64,000 nt of DNA from Nitrosarchaeum sp. (lineage in GTDB: Archaea; Thermoproteota; Nitrososphaeria; Nitrososphaerales; Nitrosopumilaceae), in the NCBI GenBank assembly GCA_965223865.1, contig OZ245020.1:928001-992000 (forward strand), written 5' to 3'. Of this stretch, positions 53,184-62,014 are shown piece after piece. Under the pieces are notes generated by a model. That model was not told where the DNA came from. It searched no databases and saw only the letters and a list, made by a program, of their open reading frames with translations. The number at the start of each line of letters is the position of its first letter. Positions within the stretch are counted from its first letter, which is position 1. The position numbers were made by a program, and so were the translations under genes.

Positions 53184-53279
53184 TTATCTCTCCTCGTCAG
53201 CTCCACAGTAAATACATCGTTTTGTAGATAGAATCTCAAACCAAGCAAAACTATGAACATGTCCTTCTTTACAGCTCAT
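53184..53279 (-). CDS. Putative 31-aa Cys/His microprotein
   Basis: MSCKEGHVHSFAWFEILSTKRCIYCGADEER. Confidence 0.4.
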   Translation of the reverse strand: MSCKEGHVHSFAWFEILSTKRCIYCGADEER

Positions 53280-53477
53280 AAAATACAAAATATTCCTCTA
53301 GAATTCAAGTAGTATAGTGAAGAAATAGTTCGATCTGGGTCAACATCTCTATTTTCTTTGGATAGTTCTTGTCTTATTCTCTAATTCGGATTATGTCTTC
53401 TAGTCATAAGATGGTGTGTTTTTTCTATTCATTTTGCCTTTATTGACTAATTGTTTATTGGTTCTAGGCTTTTTTGA

Positions 53478-54427
53478 TTATTTCATATAAGGATACAGAA
53501 TTGTTTCCCAACTACTGGAGATTTGCTCATATTCTCCATTACAATTAATACTTCTTTCTATTGGGAGAAATCCTTCCTCTATTAGGTCTTGGTTGTACTC
53601 TGGATTATGTCCATAAGCATAACAAGAAATATTGTAAAATCTCTGTATGTCTAGATTATGTACATCAGAGTAAAATGATTGTGAATGTATTTCAGATTGA
53701 ATCAAAAACCATGTTCCTACATTATACAAGATATCTTGACCTAATATCCCATCATAATCTCCCTTGTTTTCTGCAAGTAGTATAAATAAAATTGCAAACT
53801 GATCTACTGCATTTTCTTCTAATCCTGTTATTGGTAATTGGTATAAATCGATTAACGCATGGCCTAATTCATGATAAAAAATGAAATCAATTACATCCAA
53901 AGTCATTATCCCTATTTGCTCTTCAGTTATCTCTTCAGAGTAATATTCTGAAAATTCAGAATATGTAGTGTCTATAAATTCATAGCAAATAATGATTTGT
54001 TTTGTTTCTGAATCATAAAATGCATTGGATTCTTGCATTCCTGTAAAGAAATCTCTACATCATGCGGTAAATTAAACAAACTATTGAGAAATAGAATATT
54101 GGTTTCAAAATACTCTAAATCCATTATCCAATTTTTTGCAGAATACTCATAATTTGAATTTGGATTAGGATTATATTTTACGTAAAAGTCTCCCGCATCT
54201 TCATATTTGGTATTTTGAGATGAAACATTGATGATGTTATTGTTTATCATATATTCTAATGCGTTGATAAATTCGATATCAGTAACTTGCTCATCAACCC
54301 AAAATTTTGCCGTGTTTTTTATCCATGATGGAATTGTATTTTCTTCTGCCTGTACCATAAAAAACATAATTGGAGAAATTGAAATTATTCCGATTACAAT
54401 AAAAATTACAAATCCCAAATTATTCAC
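53478..54427 (-). pseudogene. DUF4344-type zinc metallopeptidase, one frameshift near 54035
   Basis: N part has signal and IPSWIKNTAKFW module; C part has NAFYD, FYHELGHALID, EENAVD; GAA TGC [.]AA GAA joins them. Confidence 0.8.
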
Positions 54428-54663
54428 ATTGTACCATCTTCGTTAGCAATTAATTAAAAGATCTTAATATCAAACAATTGTAGCTTTGTATTGTTACTGG
54501 TTTAGACAAGTTTACAGTTCTAACTCAAGCACTTTTGAGGTTTTCCTATATCGGTTAAATTGATGCTGGAATTCTTACAGGATCATTTAGATAGTTTAAA
54601 TGAAAAAATCTTAACCTCAAATAATTTCAAAGGTTTAAATCTGATAATCTTTGGTTGATACTT

Positions 54664-54730
54664 GACATCGAATTCAAACCGTTCGGGGAACAAGCTGGCA
54701 GTCCGTGCGTTGGACTGTCAGCCCCAACAT
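54664..54730 (+). ncRNA. Candidate structured small RNA
   Basis: GC-rich island with 11-bp stem 54694-54704/54712-54722; TTTAAAT at 54634-54640 with no downstream + ORF. Confidence 0.5.
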
Positions 54731-54741
54731 AATCTCAAAAT

Positions 54742-56514
54742 TTAATTTAGTGATGCTAATTCCTTTACTTGATTCTCAATATAATCAAAACCTTCTTGCC
54801 AGAATTTAGGAGATCTTATATCAAAACCGTATTCTGATAATAATTTTTCAGGTTTTTTAGAGCCACCAGCTGCAAGGATGCTGATATATGATGGTACAAA
54901 GTCTTTGCCTTCTTTTTTATATCTCTGAAATAATGAGAGCGCAAGCAAATTCCCAAAAGAATATGCATAGCAATAAAACGGTGTATGATAAAAGTGAGGT
55001 ATGCAACTCCATTCAATTGCAAAATCCTCAGATAGATTAATTGAATCTCCAAATTGTTCTTTTAGATTTTGAAGATAGGTTTTTGATATTTCATCTACTG
55101 TTGTTCCATTTCCTATTTGTTCATGAGCATCTACCTCAAAAATTGTAAAAAATGATTGTCTCATTATAGTTGCATAAAGATCATCCATTTTTTCTGAAAG
55201 CATAATCTTTTTCTCATTATCTGAAATCTTATCTGAAAGATTATCATACAGTAACAGCTCTGAAAAAGTTGATGCAGTCTCTGCTAGTGGTAGAGGTGCA
55301 TCTTGTACAAGAATTGACCTATCTTGTGCTGATTGACTATGAACAGCATGGCCTAATTCATGAGCAAGTGTAAAAACATCTCTTGATTTTCCAGTAAAAT
55401 TGACTAGAACATATGGCGTGATTTTTGGAGTAAGTGTACTACAAAACGCTCCATCTCTTTTTCCAGTTCTGATTGATGAATCTATGTGATTTTGATCAAA
55501 AACATTTTTTGCAAAATCTCTTAGCTTTGGACTAAATCTGCCAAGCGATTCAAAAACAAGCTTTACTGATTTATCATATGGATATGTCTTTTCTTTAATG
55601 TTTGAAGCTGACGGAGCATAAAGATCATATCTTCGCAGCTTTTTCATTTTCAACATTTTTGCTTTTTGTAAAAAGAATCTTTGAAAAACATGAGAATTTT
55701 TTCTGCATATTGTAAGAAGGGATTCTATTGTCTTATCATCTACATCGTTTCCAATATTTCTCATTGATATTGGAGAATTATATCCTCGAATCTCAATTCC
55801 CTCATCTTTCCAATTAAGAACAATATTTTGATAAATCTCTCCTATCACCCCCTTGTTTTCTGTGTATTTTGTTAGGATTGTTTTGTATGCAGTCTCTCTT
55901 ATTTTGGGATTTGTACTACGAACATAATTTGTAAGCTCTTCTCTTGTCATTTTTTTTGTTTTTTTACCGATCTTCATTTTGTATTCATAAGCATTTGTAA
56001 TCTTATCATAGAGTTTTATCAAAGCAGAAATGCCAGTAACATCTAATGTGTTTATTATTCTCTCTTCTGGTTCACTAAGTGAATATTTTGCTACTAGTCT
56101 TTTATGCCCTAAATATTCTGAAAGCTCTCCAGATTTTTTCATTAATCTTTTTGCGTTTTTCTCATCAATCTGAGTCTTCCACCATAAATCAAAAAACAGA
56201 ATTTTATTTGAAATCTCAGAACCTAGCTTTGACATCTTCGTCATTAATGAAGTGGCCTCATCTGATTGTGTATTTGCTGAATATGCGAGTGATGCATATC
56301 CTCCAAGTTTGCTCATTTTTTCAGAAATATCTTCAAGATCATGTAAAATTGTCATAAATTTTTTTGATGATATATTTGGGTTTAAATTATTTTTTATTTT
56401 CTCAAATTTGGCAGCAGATATTTCTAAATTTTTTATATTTTTTTTAAAGGCAGGACTTTTTGGATCTTTTGCAAGCTCTGAGAGATTCCACTCTTCTAGT
56501 TTGTATTTGGTCAT
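54742..56514 (-). CDS. pepF: M3B oligoendopeptidase F
   Basis: WNLSEL, GKRDGAFC, TLAHELGHAVH, LAETASTF, PHFY..FYCYAY. Confidence 0.93.
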   Translation of the reverse strand: MTKYKLEEWNLSELAKDPKSPAFKKNIKNLEISAAKFEKIKNNLNPNISSKKFMTILHDLEDISEKMSKLGGYASLAYSANTQSDEATSLMTKMSKLGSEISNKILFFDLWWKTQIDEKNAKRLMKKSGELSEYLGHKRLVAKYSLSEPEERIINTLDVTGISALIKLYDKITNAYEYKMKIGKKTKKMTREELTNYVRSTNPKIRETAYKTILTKYTENKGVIGEIYQNIVLNWKDEGIEIRGYNSPISMRNIGNDVDDKTIESLLTICRKNSHVFQRFFLQKAKMLKMKKLRRYDLYAPSASNIKEKTYPYDKSVKLVFESLGRFSPKLRDFAKNVFDQNHIDSSIRTGKRDGAFCSTLTPKITPYVLVNFTGKSRDVFTLAHELGHAVHSQSAQDRSILVQDAPLPLAETASTFSELLLYDNLSDKISDNEKKIMLSEKMDDLYATIMRQSFFTIFEVDAHEQIGNGTTVDEISKTYLQNLKEQFGDSINLSEDFAIEWSCIPHFYHTPFYCYAYSFGNLLALSLFQRYKKEGKDFVPSYISILAAGGSKKPEKLLSEYGFDIRSPKFWQEGFDYIENQVKELASLN

Positions 56515-56584
56515 CTGTTTTGCCTATTTTGTAACTATTAAAAAATGAAGTGTCATTTTATGATTAATTTGAAAAATCTTGTCT

Positions 56585-56857
56585 CTAGTAGTATTTTTCA
56601 TGAATATAGCACCATTTCCAGGGATTTTTGTGAACAGCTATCATTACAGGGTGTCCAGTTTCTTTGAAATGTTGTGTTGCATGTTTTCCTACAGATGAAT
56701 CACAGCATCCAACGTGCCCACAAGTAAGACACATCCTCAGTGCAACTGTTGGAAGATGCTCTTTTTCACATTCCTCACATCCTTTTGTATTTGGAGTAAT
56801 TTCTTTATTTTCGTAAGAAAAATGCTCACAATCTTGTGACATTACAATTGGAGACAA
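56585..56857 (-). CDS. UBP-type zinc finger protein
   Basis: LRMCLTCGHVGCCDSS..HATQHF..GHP..WCY. Confidence 0.92.
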   Translation of the reverse strand: MSPIVMSQDCEHFSYENKEITPNTKGCEECEKEHLPTVALRMCLTCGHVGCCDSSVGKHATQHFKETGHPVMIAVHKNPWKWCYIHEKYY

Positions 56858-56874
56858 ACACTAGGATGTAAATT

Positions 56875-57414
56875 TTAGTATTTTTTTAGAGTGTTTCTGT
56901 ATCTCTTGATTGAATCAACTATTACTGTTTTTGCTTCCTTTGTTGGTTTCCATCCTAGAATTTCCACTTTTTTCCCTTCTAAATCCTTGTAAACTTGGAA
57001 AAAGTGTGCAATTTCTGACCTATAATGATCTTCAATATCTGAAATGTCGACTGTGTGAAGATATCTTGGATCATTTGTTGACACGCAAATGATTTTGTCA
57101 TCTAGACTTCCTTCATCTTTCATCTGAAGTAATCCGATTGGCCTTGCTTCAATTAGAACTCCAGGGTATGTTGGATTAGTAACTAGTACTAATGCATCAA
57201 GTGGATCTCCATCTTCAGATAATGTCTGTGGTACGATTCCATAATCTCCTGGATAGTGAAATGGTGAGAATAATACTCTGTCAAGCTTCATCATGTTATG
57301 TTTTTTGTCATATTCGTATTTGTTCATGGACCCTTTTGGTATTTCTACGATAACATTGATAATTTCAGGAATGTCTGCCCCTGATTCAATATCGTGCCAA
57401 AAATTCTTGCTCAT
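56875..57414 (-). CDS. ppa: Soluble inorganic pyrophosphatase (family I)
   Basis: EIPKGSMNKYE, LDRVL, YG, DGDPLD, FFQVYKDLE. Confidence 0.96.
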   Translation of the reverse strand: MSKNFWHDIESGADIPEIINVIVEIPKGSMNKYEYDKKHNMMKLDRVLFSPFHYPGDYGIVPQTLSEDGDPLDALVLVTNPTYPGVLIEARPIGLLQMKDEGSLDDKIICVSTNDPRYLHTVDISDIEDHYRSEIAHFFQVYKDLEGKKVEILGWKPTKEAKTVIVDSIKRYRNTLKKY

Positions 57415-57745
57415 TTTACAGTTTTTCTCAGAATTCAAACAGTATATGAATTCTATGAAAAAATCCTTGGCTGAGGTTTTTTCTATGAATAAAATTTTGT
57501 AAAGTGAGTTTTTTACTTTTGAATTTAATAAAATATCTCAAAATCTCTTTTTTTCTAAATTCTATTTATCATAATATCTTACAATTCTTTGATTACATCT
57601 GAAATTTAGGACGTCAAAATTTTTCTGTTATTGATTTTTCTATGGGAATGGCTCAGATGGGAAATGGGGCACACTAGTCTCTTTTTTTAGTTCTAAACTG
57701 TACTGTTAACTAAGTTTTTATAAAATTCATTTCGTATAAAATTAG

Positions 57746-58132
57746 TTGACGTCCGAAGAACATGAACGATTAGCAAAAGAGATCTTTAATGCTGATCCAC
57801 AAATTGTTCATCTAGGCCTAATCGATTTGGAAGGAAATGTTTTACTTGATCAGTCTTCAGCTGCGTCTGGCCCAAATGAACCTGATCTTGCTAGAAAATC
57901 ATTTTATCATCAACTTGGTGTGAGACGAAATTCTAGAGAACATTTTGATGAAGCCTATGGGAAAACTGATTACATACACATTACTAGAGAAAAAATGCAG
58001 CAAGCGATTTTATACTTGCCACAGATTACAGTTTATCTTACTTTGGAGAAAGCTATGACCCCTGAGGAGGTAAAAACTGCTGCTCAAAAAATCAAATTGC
58101 TTGATAGCGATATTATGAAGAGTGGAATTTAA
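57746..58132 (+). CDS. Hypothetical protein (roadblock/longin-like thaumarchaeal family)
   Basis: DPQIVHLGLIDLEGN..FDEAYGK..ITREK pattern. Confidence 0.6.
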   Translation: MTSEEHERLAKEIFNADPQIVHLGLIDLEGNVLLDQSSAASGPNEPDLARKSFYHQLGVRRNSREHFDEAYGKTDYIHITREKMQQAILYLPQITVYLTLEKAMTPEEVKTAAQKIKLLDSDIMKSGI

Positions 58133-58190
58133 TCTCAAATAAATCCAGAATTATTTTCTACACATTTTATATTTTAATGAAAATTTCTAA

Positions 58191-58331
58191 CTATTCCTCT
58201 GTAGTACGAATTGTGTGATTTTCAGCATCCACATAATTTTTGCACATATTGCAAAGCCATAATGTCATGTTCATTTCTTTTCTCCATTTAGGGTATCTTC
58301 TGCCATTACATTTTTCACAATATATTGGCAT
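58191..58331 (-). CDS. Zn-ribbon microprotein (46 aa), not in ORF track
   Basis: MPIYCEKCNGRRYPKWRKEMNMTLWLCNMCKNYVDAENHTIRTTEE. Confidence 0.65.
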   Translation of the reverse strand: MPIYCEKCNGRRYPKWRKEMNMTLWLCNMCKNYVDAENHTIRTTEE

Positions 58332-58432
58332 AAGACAATTTGATATTTTCGCTTATTTGTATTAGTCGATTATCTTTATTGTTATTAACACTCTTCATAG
58401 ATGTGATCTTTTGAGAATTAAACTAGGGAGTA

Positions 58433-59404
58433 TTATGTGTATTCTACATCATAATTAAAATCTGCAAATAGTGCTGCGTGGTCTGGTTCAGGGAAAAAAC
58501 GTTTGGGTCGTGACGGTCTATAGTGTTCTTCTCTAAGAAATTCATTGTGAGCAGATGCTGTAATAAAATAGGGAAGTTGGGCTCTTGATATCAAAATATG
58601 ATCTATCATTATGCCTTTACCACGGAAAATATATGAAAATCTTTTCTCAGAAGGTAATGATAATTCGCATGGCAATAATTCATTCATTCGTAAACTCTCG
58701 TTGTTTGCTCCCAAATGGTCACCTATTATGGTCTGAACAGTAGCAGAAGAAAGATCTGCATTGAAATCTCCCATAACTACAATTTTTGATTCAGGATCAT
58801 TTTCAAAAAGTTGATCCAATCTGCGTCTCAAATATCTGGCTTGTCCTACTCGACGAAGTGTACTTACATATGCTCCATCTGCGTATTCGGTGAGATTATC
58901 CCATGTATTGCCTGCCCCTGACTTTTTTGTTGGGATTTTTGATTTAAGATGAACTACAAAAAAACGAATTGTAGTAGAATTGTTGTTTACTAAGGGAATC
59001 TGAATAGGGAGTTCAAGTAGCGGTCTATCCCAAGGAATTGTAAAATTAATGTCAACATCATCATTGTTAGTCCAATGAAAATTTTCACTATTATCATGTG
59101 GCTCTAGATTGCTTTGGTCTATCGGAAAGCGTGAAACAATTGCGCTTTTTATTCCAAAACCTGCAGATTGTGTTTTAACTATGGTACTTTTGTAGGGAAT
59201 AAAGGAATCTGGCAATTCTTCCAAAATTTCTGTAAGAAAATTTTCATTGACAAGTTCTTCAAAACCTAAAATATCTGCATTCATTCTAAAAATTATTTCT
59301 TGAAGAGCTTTCTTTTTTGCAGCACGTTCTACTGGTTCATTCGGAGGACTCAATTTTTCTAAATTTAAAACACCTATTCTGAGAGGCAAATCTGAATTGT
59401 ACAT
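58433..59404 (-). CDS. Endonuclease/exonuclease/phosphatase (EEP) family protein
   Basis: LNLE, ADILGFEE, VHLKS, MGDFNAD, IDHILIS, PDH. Confidence 0.88.
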   Translation of the reverse strand: MYNSDLPLRIGVLNLEKLSPPNEPVERAAKKKALQEIIFRMNADILGFEELVNENFLTEILEELPDSFIPYKSTIVKTQSAGFGIKSAIVSRFPIDQSNLEPHDNSENFHWTNNDDVDINFTIPWDRPLLELPIQIPLVNNNSTTIRFFVVHLKSKIPTKKSGAGNTWDNLTEYADGAYVSTLRRVGQARYLRRRLDQLFENDPESKIVVMGDFNADLSSATVQTIIGDHLGANNESLRMNELLPCELSLPSEKRFSYIFRGKGIMIDHILISRAQLPYFITASAHNEFLREEHYRPSRPKRFFPEPDHAALFADFNYDVEYT

Positions 59405-59675
59405 GGGATTTTTATATAAAAGGATTCTTTGTGTTGCTTAATTATCTGTGACACATTAATCTACGTTGTTGGAAGGATCAATAAAACCAAATTATGTCGT
59501 GAATATATGGCTGAGATAGTTTTATTACGAGTACACAAAGAACTGATGTGTATTTTTTGTGAATCAAAAATAATTAATTTTCCTTTCCAACACTAATTCT
59601 TATTCATTAGTTTCTGACAGTTTCTATTGATCAGATATAATATGCAAAAGAACAATTCTCAAAGGATATCTATTT

Positions 59676-60086
59676 TCATCTTCTCTTTTGTTTAGGCGCA
59701 ATTTGATTAGTTTCTTGTAAAACTTGCTTAATTACATTTAGATCAACGTCTTCTAATTTCCTAAATCGAATGCAACTTTTACCGACATTGGATTTTGGCA
59801 AATCCTTTTTGTGTTTTTCCGCGATGTACTTCTTCCCATCAGATAAGCAGGTATAAAGCGAAATGTAATTTTTCTGACTCGATAACCCTATTACCATCCA
59901 ATCTCCTTCACGTCCTGATGCATATTTGTAATGATATGTTCCATACCCTAACATTCCATATTTCATATGAGGTTTTAGATTCGGAACTATTTTACGAATA
60001 AAACTGTGTAATTTCTTTATCTCTTTTTTGCGTGGCTCTTTAAGTGAGTTGATATATTCAGTTGGTGTCTTTGCATTGCTTTTCAT
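59676..60086 (-). CDS. DUF1801 (YdhG-like) protein
   Basis: GYGTYHYKYASGREGDW, QKNYISLY, GKSCIRF. Confidence 0.88.
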   Translation of the reverse strand: MKSNAKTPTEYINSLKEPRKKEIKKLHSFIRKIVPNLKPHMKYGMLGYGTYHYKYASGREGDWMVIGLSSQKNYISLYTCLSDGKKYIAEKHKKDLPKSNVGKSCIRFRKLEDVDLNVIKQVLQETNQIAPKQKRR

Positions 60087-60149
60087 TTTTTATCTCTAAT
60101 GAAATTACTCATAAATCCTTCTCTAATTTTGTATTCAATAATATGAAAA

Positions 60150-60168
60150 TGGACCGGATGGGATTCAA
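60150..60168 (-). other. tRNA-Ala-like 3' end fragment (possible att-site scar)
   Basis: Minus strand TTGAATCCCATCCGGTCCA matches T-loop end, T-stem, acceptor strand CCGGTCC and A73. Confidence 0.55.
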
Positions 60169-60312
60169 CTACCAAAATGGGTATAATTTTTGGCCCATTC
60201 AGTTGAATTCAACTGTTCTGATGGTGTAAATTTGTCTTTAGATTTTATAGTTTCAAACTAGTTTAACAAACCTCGTCTCTGAAAAATGAATTCTAGTATG
60301 CTTATTCTCGAT

Positions 60313-60852
60313 TTAGTCCAATTCTATCTCAATGTTGATGGTACTATCAGTAACGTCAACTCTGACCTCGTTTTTTGTTAAACTTTCAATAGGAGTCTTG
60401 AACAGTTCTGCTATTTGCCAAGACCAATTTATTCCCATTTCATGGTATAATGCATACTTGATTTTGTTGCCTGTTACTTCTTTTTTGTAATCTATGTTGG
60501 AATCTGCCATCCAGTATTCTAGTGCCTTTAGATGTTCTTCTGCAGAAAATCCTGTTCTCAAAATCTTGCAAATTGCTTCAGGATATTCTAGTGCCTGCTT
60601 TCTTGCAATTTCCCTTGATTCTTCTATGCTATATTTTGATAAAATCTGCGTGACCCATTTTTTTGGAACAAATACAAATCCCGCAACTTGAGCTGCTGAT
60701 CTAAACTCTGCATGACTCTCAAAAATTTGGTTTGCAAGAACATTCAAACTAATCTTCTTCTTTTTTGATTCTATCTTCAATTTGTCTAAGATTTCTTTGT
60801 TAACTCTAAATGTGGACAATTCAGTTTCTTTTTTCTTTTCCATGATGTGCAC
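60313..60852 (-). CDS. Putative ribbon-helix-helix regulator with C-terminal ligand domain
   Basis: STFRVNKEILDKLKIES..ISLNVLANQIF. Confidence 0.7.
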   Translation of the reverse strand: MHIMEKKKETELSTFRVNKEILDKLKIESKKKKISLNVLANQIFESHAEFRSAAQVAGFVFVPKKWVTQILSKYSIEESREIARKQALEYPEAICKILRTGFSAEEHLKALEYWMADSNIDYKKEVTGNKIKYALYHEMGINWSWQIAELFKTPIESLTKNEVRVDVTDSTINIEIELD

Positions 60853-60896
60853 AGTGTGTACGTATTATTTATCTACAATTTATCCTAACAATATTT

Positions 60897-61913
60897 GTGA
60901 AATTAATATTATTTGCAGTTGTTCCTCTTATCCTGTCAATAGGAGTTACCCCTGTTTTGCCATTTGATTTTATTCCTGAAGCTGATGCCGTAAAAGCCAA
61001 AGGAAATTCTCTTACTGAAACAAACTCCAAGAAGGTTTGTGGCGATAGACTTTGTTCTGAACTTGCATCCAAAAAATCATCCATTTTAGAAGATTCTGAA
61101 AATGCTCCTGGAACTGTTGTTTATCAGAATGGTCTTTATCATTTAATTGAAGTCTCTGAAGGTGTTTACAGTTTTGGTAATTTGATTTATCTTTCTTTGG
61201 TGATAGTTACAGATGAAGGCGCGATTGTTGTAGATCCAAATACTGTGGAGCATTCTGAAGAAATGCTTCAAGCCGTTAAAGCAATTACCTATCAGCCCGT
61301 AAAATATTTGATTTACAGCCATAATCATTGGGACCATTCTATAGGAGGCCAGGTCTTCAAAGACCACGGAGCAACTGTTCTGAGTCATGTTGAGACAAGG
61401 GATTGGTTTTTGGAAAACCCACACCCAGACGTTGTAGTTCCAGATGAGATTTGGGAAGGAAGCAAAAAGACGATTGTCCTAGGCGGTAAAACACTTGAAC
61501 TTCATCAATTTGGCCCCAGTCACGGGGAAGGAATGACAGTTTTCTATTTACCTGATGAAAAAATTATTTTTGTTGGGGACTTGGTAACTCCAAAAACAGT
61601 TGGTTTTGGAATTCTAGGAGACTTTGTCCCATCTGAATGGGAGAGAACCTTGAGCGAAGTAGAAAAACTTGACTTTGACATTGCGATGTACAGCCACAAG
61701 AAACCCTTTGGTCCTGCTTATGAAGTGACTGAACAAAGAGAATACTTGAAGGATTTGAGAGAAGAAATTTCTAGCATGATAAAGGACGGAGTACCTCCAA
61801 TAACAATTCCATCTGCCATAGAACTTCCAAAGTATCAAGATTGGGGAGCATATGATCAATGGCTTGAAATGAATGCATGGAGAACGTTATTTGAAGTCTG
61901 GATTGGATGGTAA
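60897..61913 (+). CDS. Secreted metallo-beta-lactamase-fold hydrolase
   Basis: Signal peptide; VCGDRLC module; SHNHWDH, SH, VGD, SH. Confidence 0.88.
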   Translation: MKLILFAVVPLILSIGVTPVLPFDFIPEADAVKAKGNSLTETNSKKVCGDRLCSELASKKSSILEDSENAPGTVVYQNGLYHLIEVSEGVYSFGNLIYLSLVIVTDEGAIVVDPNTVEHSEEMLQAVKAITYQPVKYLIYSHNHWDHSIGGQVFKDHGATVLSHVETRDWFLENPHPDVVVPDEIWEGSKKTIVLGGKTLELHQFGPSHGEGMTVFYLPDEKIIFVGDLVTPKTVGFGILGDFVPSEWERTLSEVEKLDFDIAMYSHKKPFGPAYEVTEQREYLKDLREEISSMIKDGVPPITIPSAIELPKYQDWGAYDQWLEMNAWRTLFEVWIGW

Positions 61914-62014
61914 GAAATCCTCCAGTTTATTTCGTTAGAAAATTCTGCTGTTTTTGAGGGCTATATAACATGACATGAACTCATGATGTTCTCCTAGACG
62001 CAGATAGGAATAAA

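Noticed and set aside
53380-53410. In-frame TAG as pyrrolysine or readthrough signal
   Set aside because: The frame is short, has no recognisable family, and no recoding machinery is present in the window
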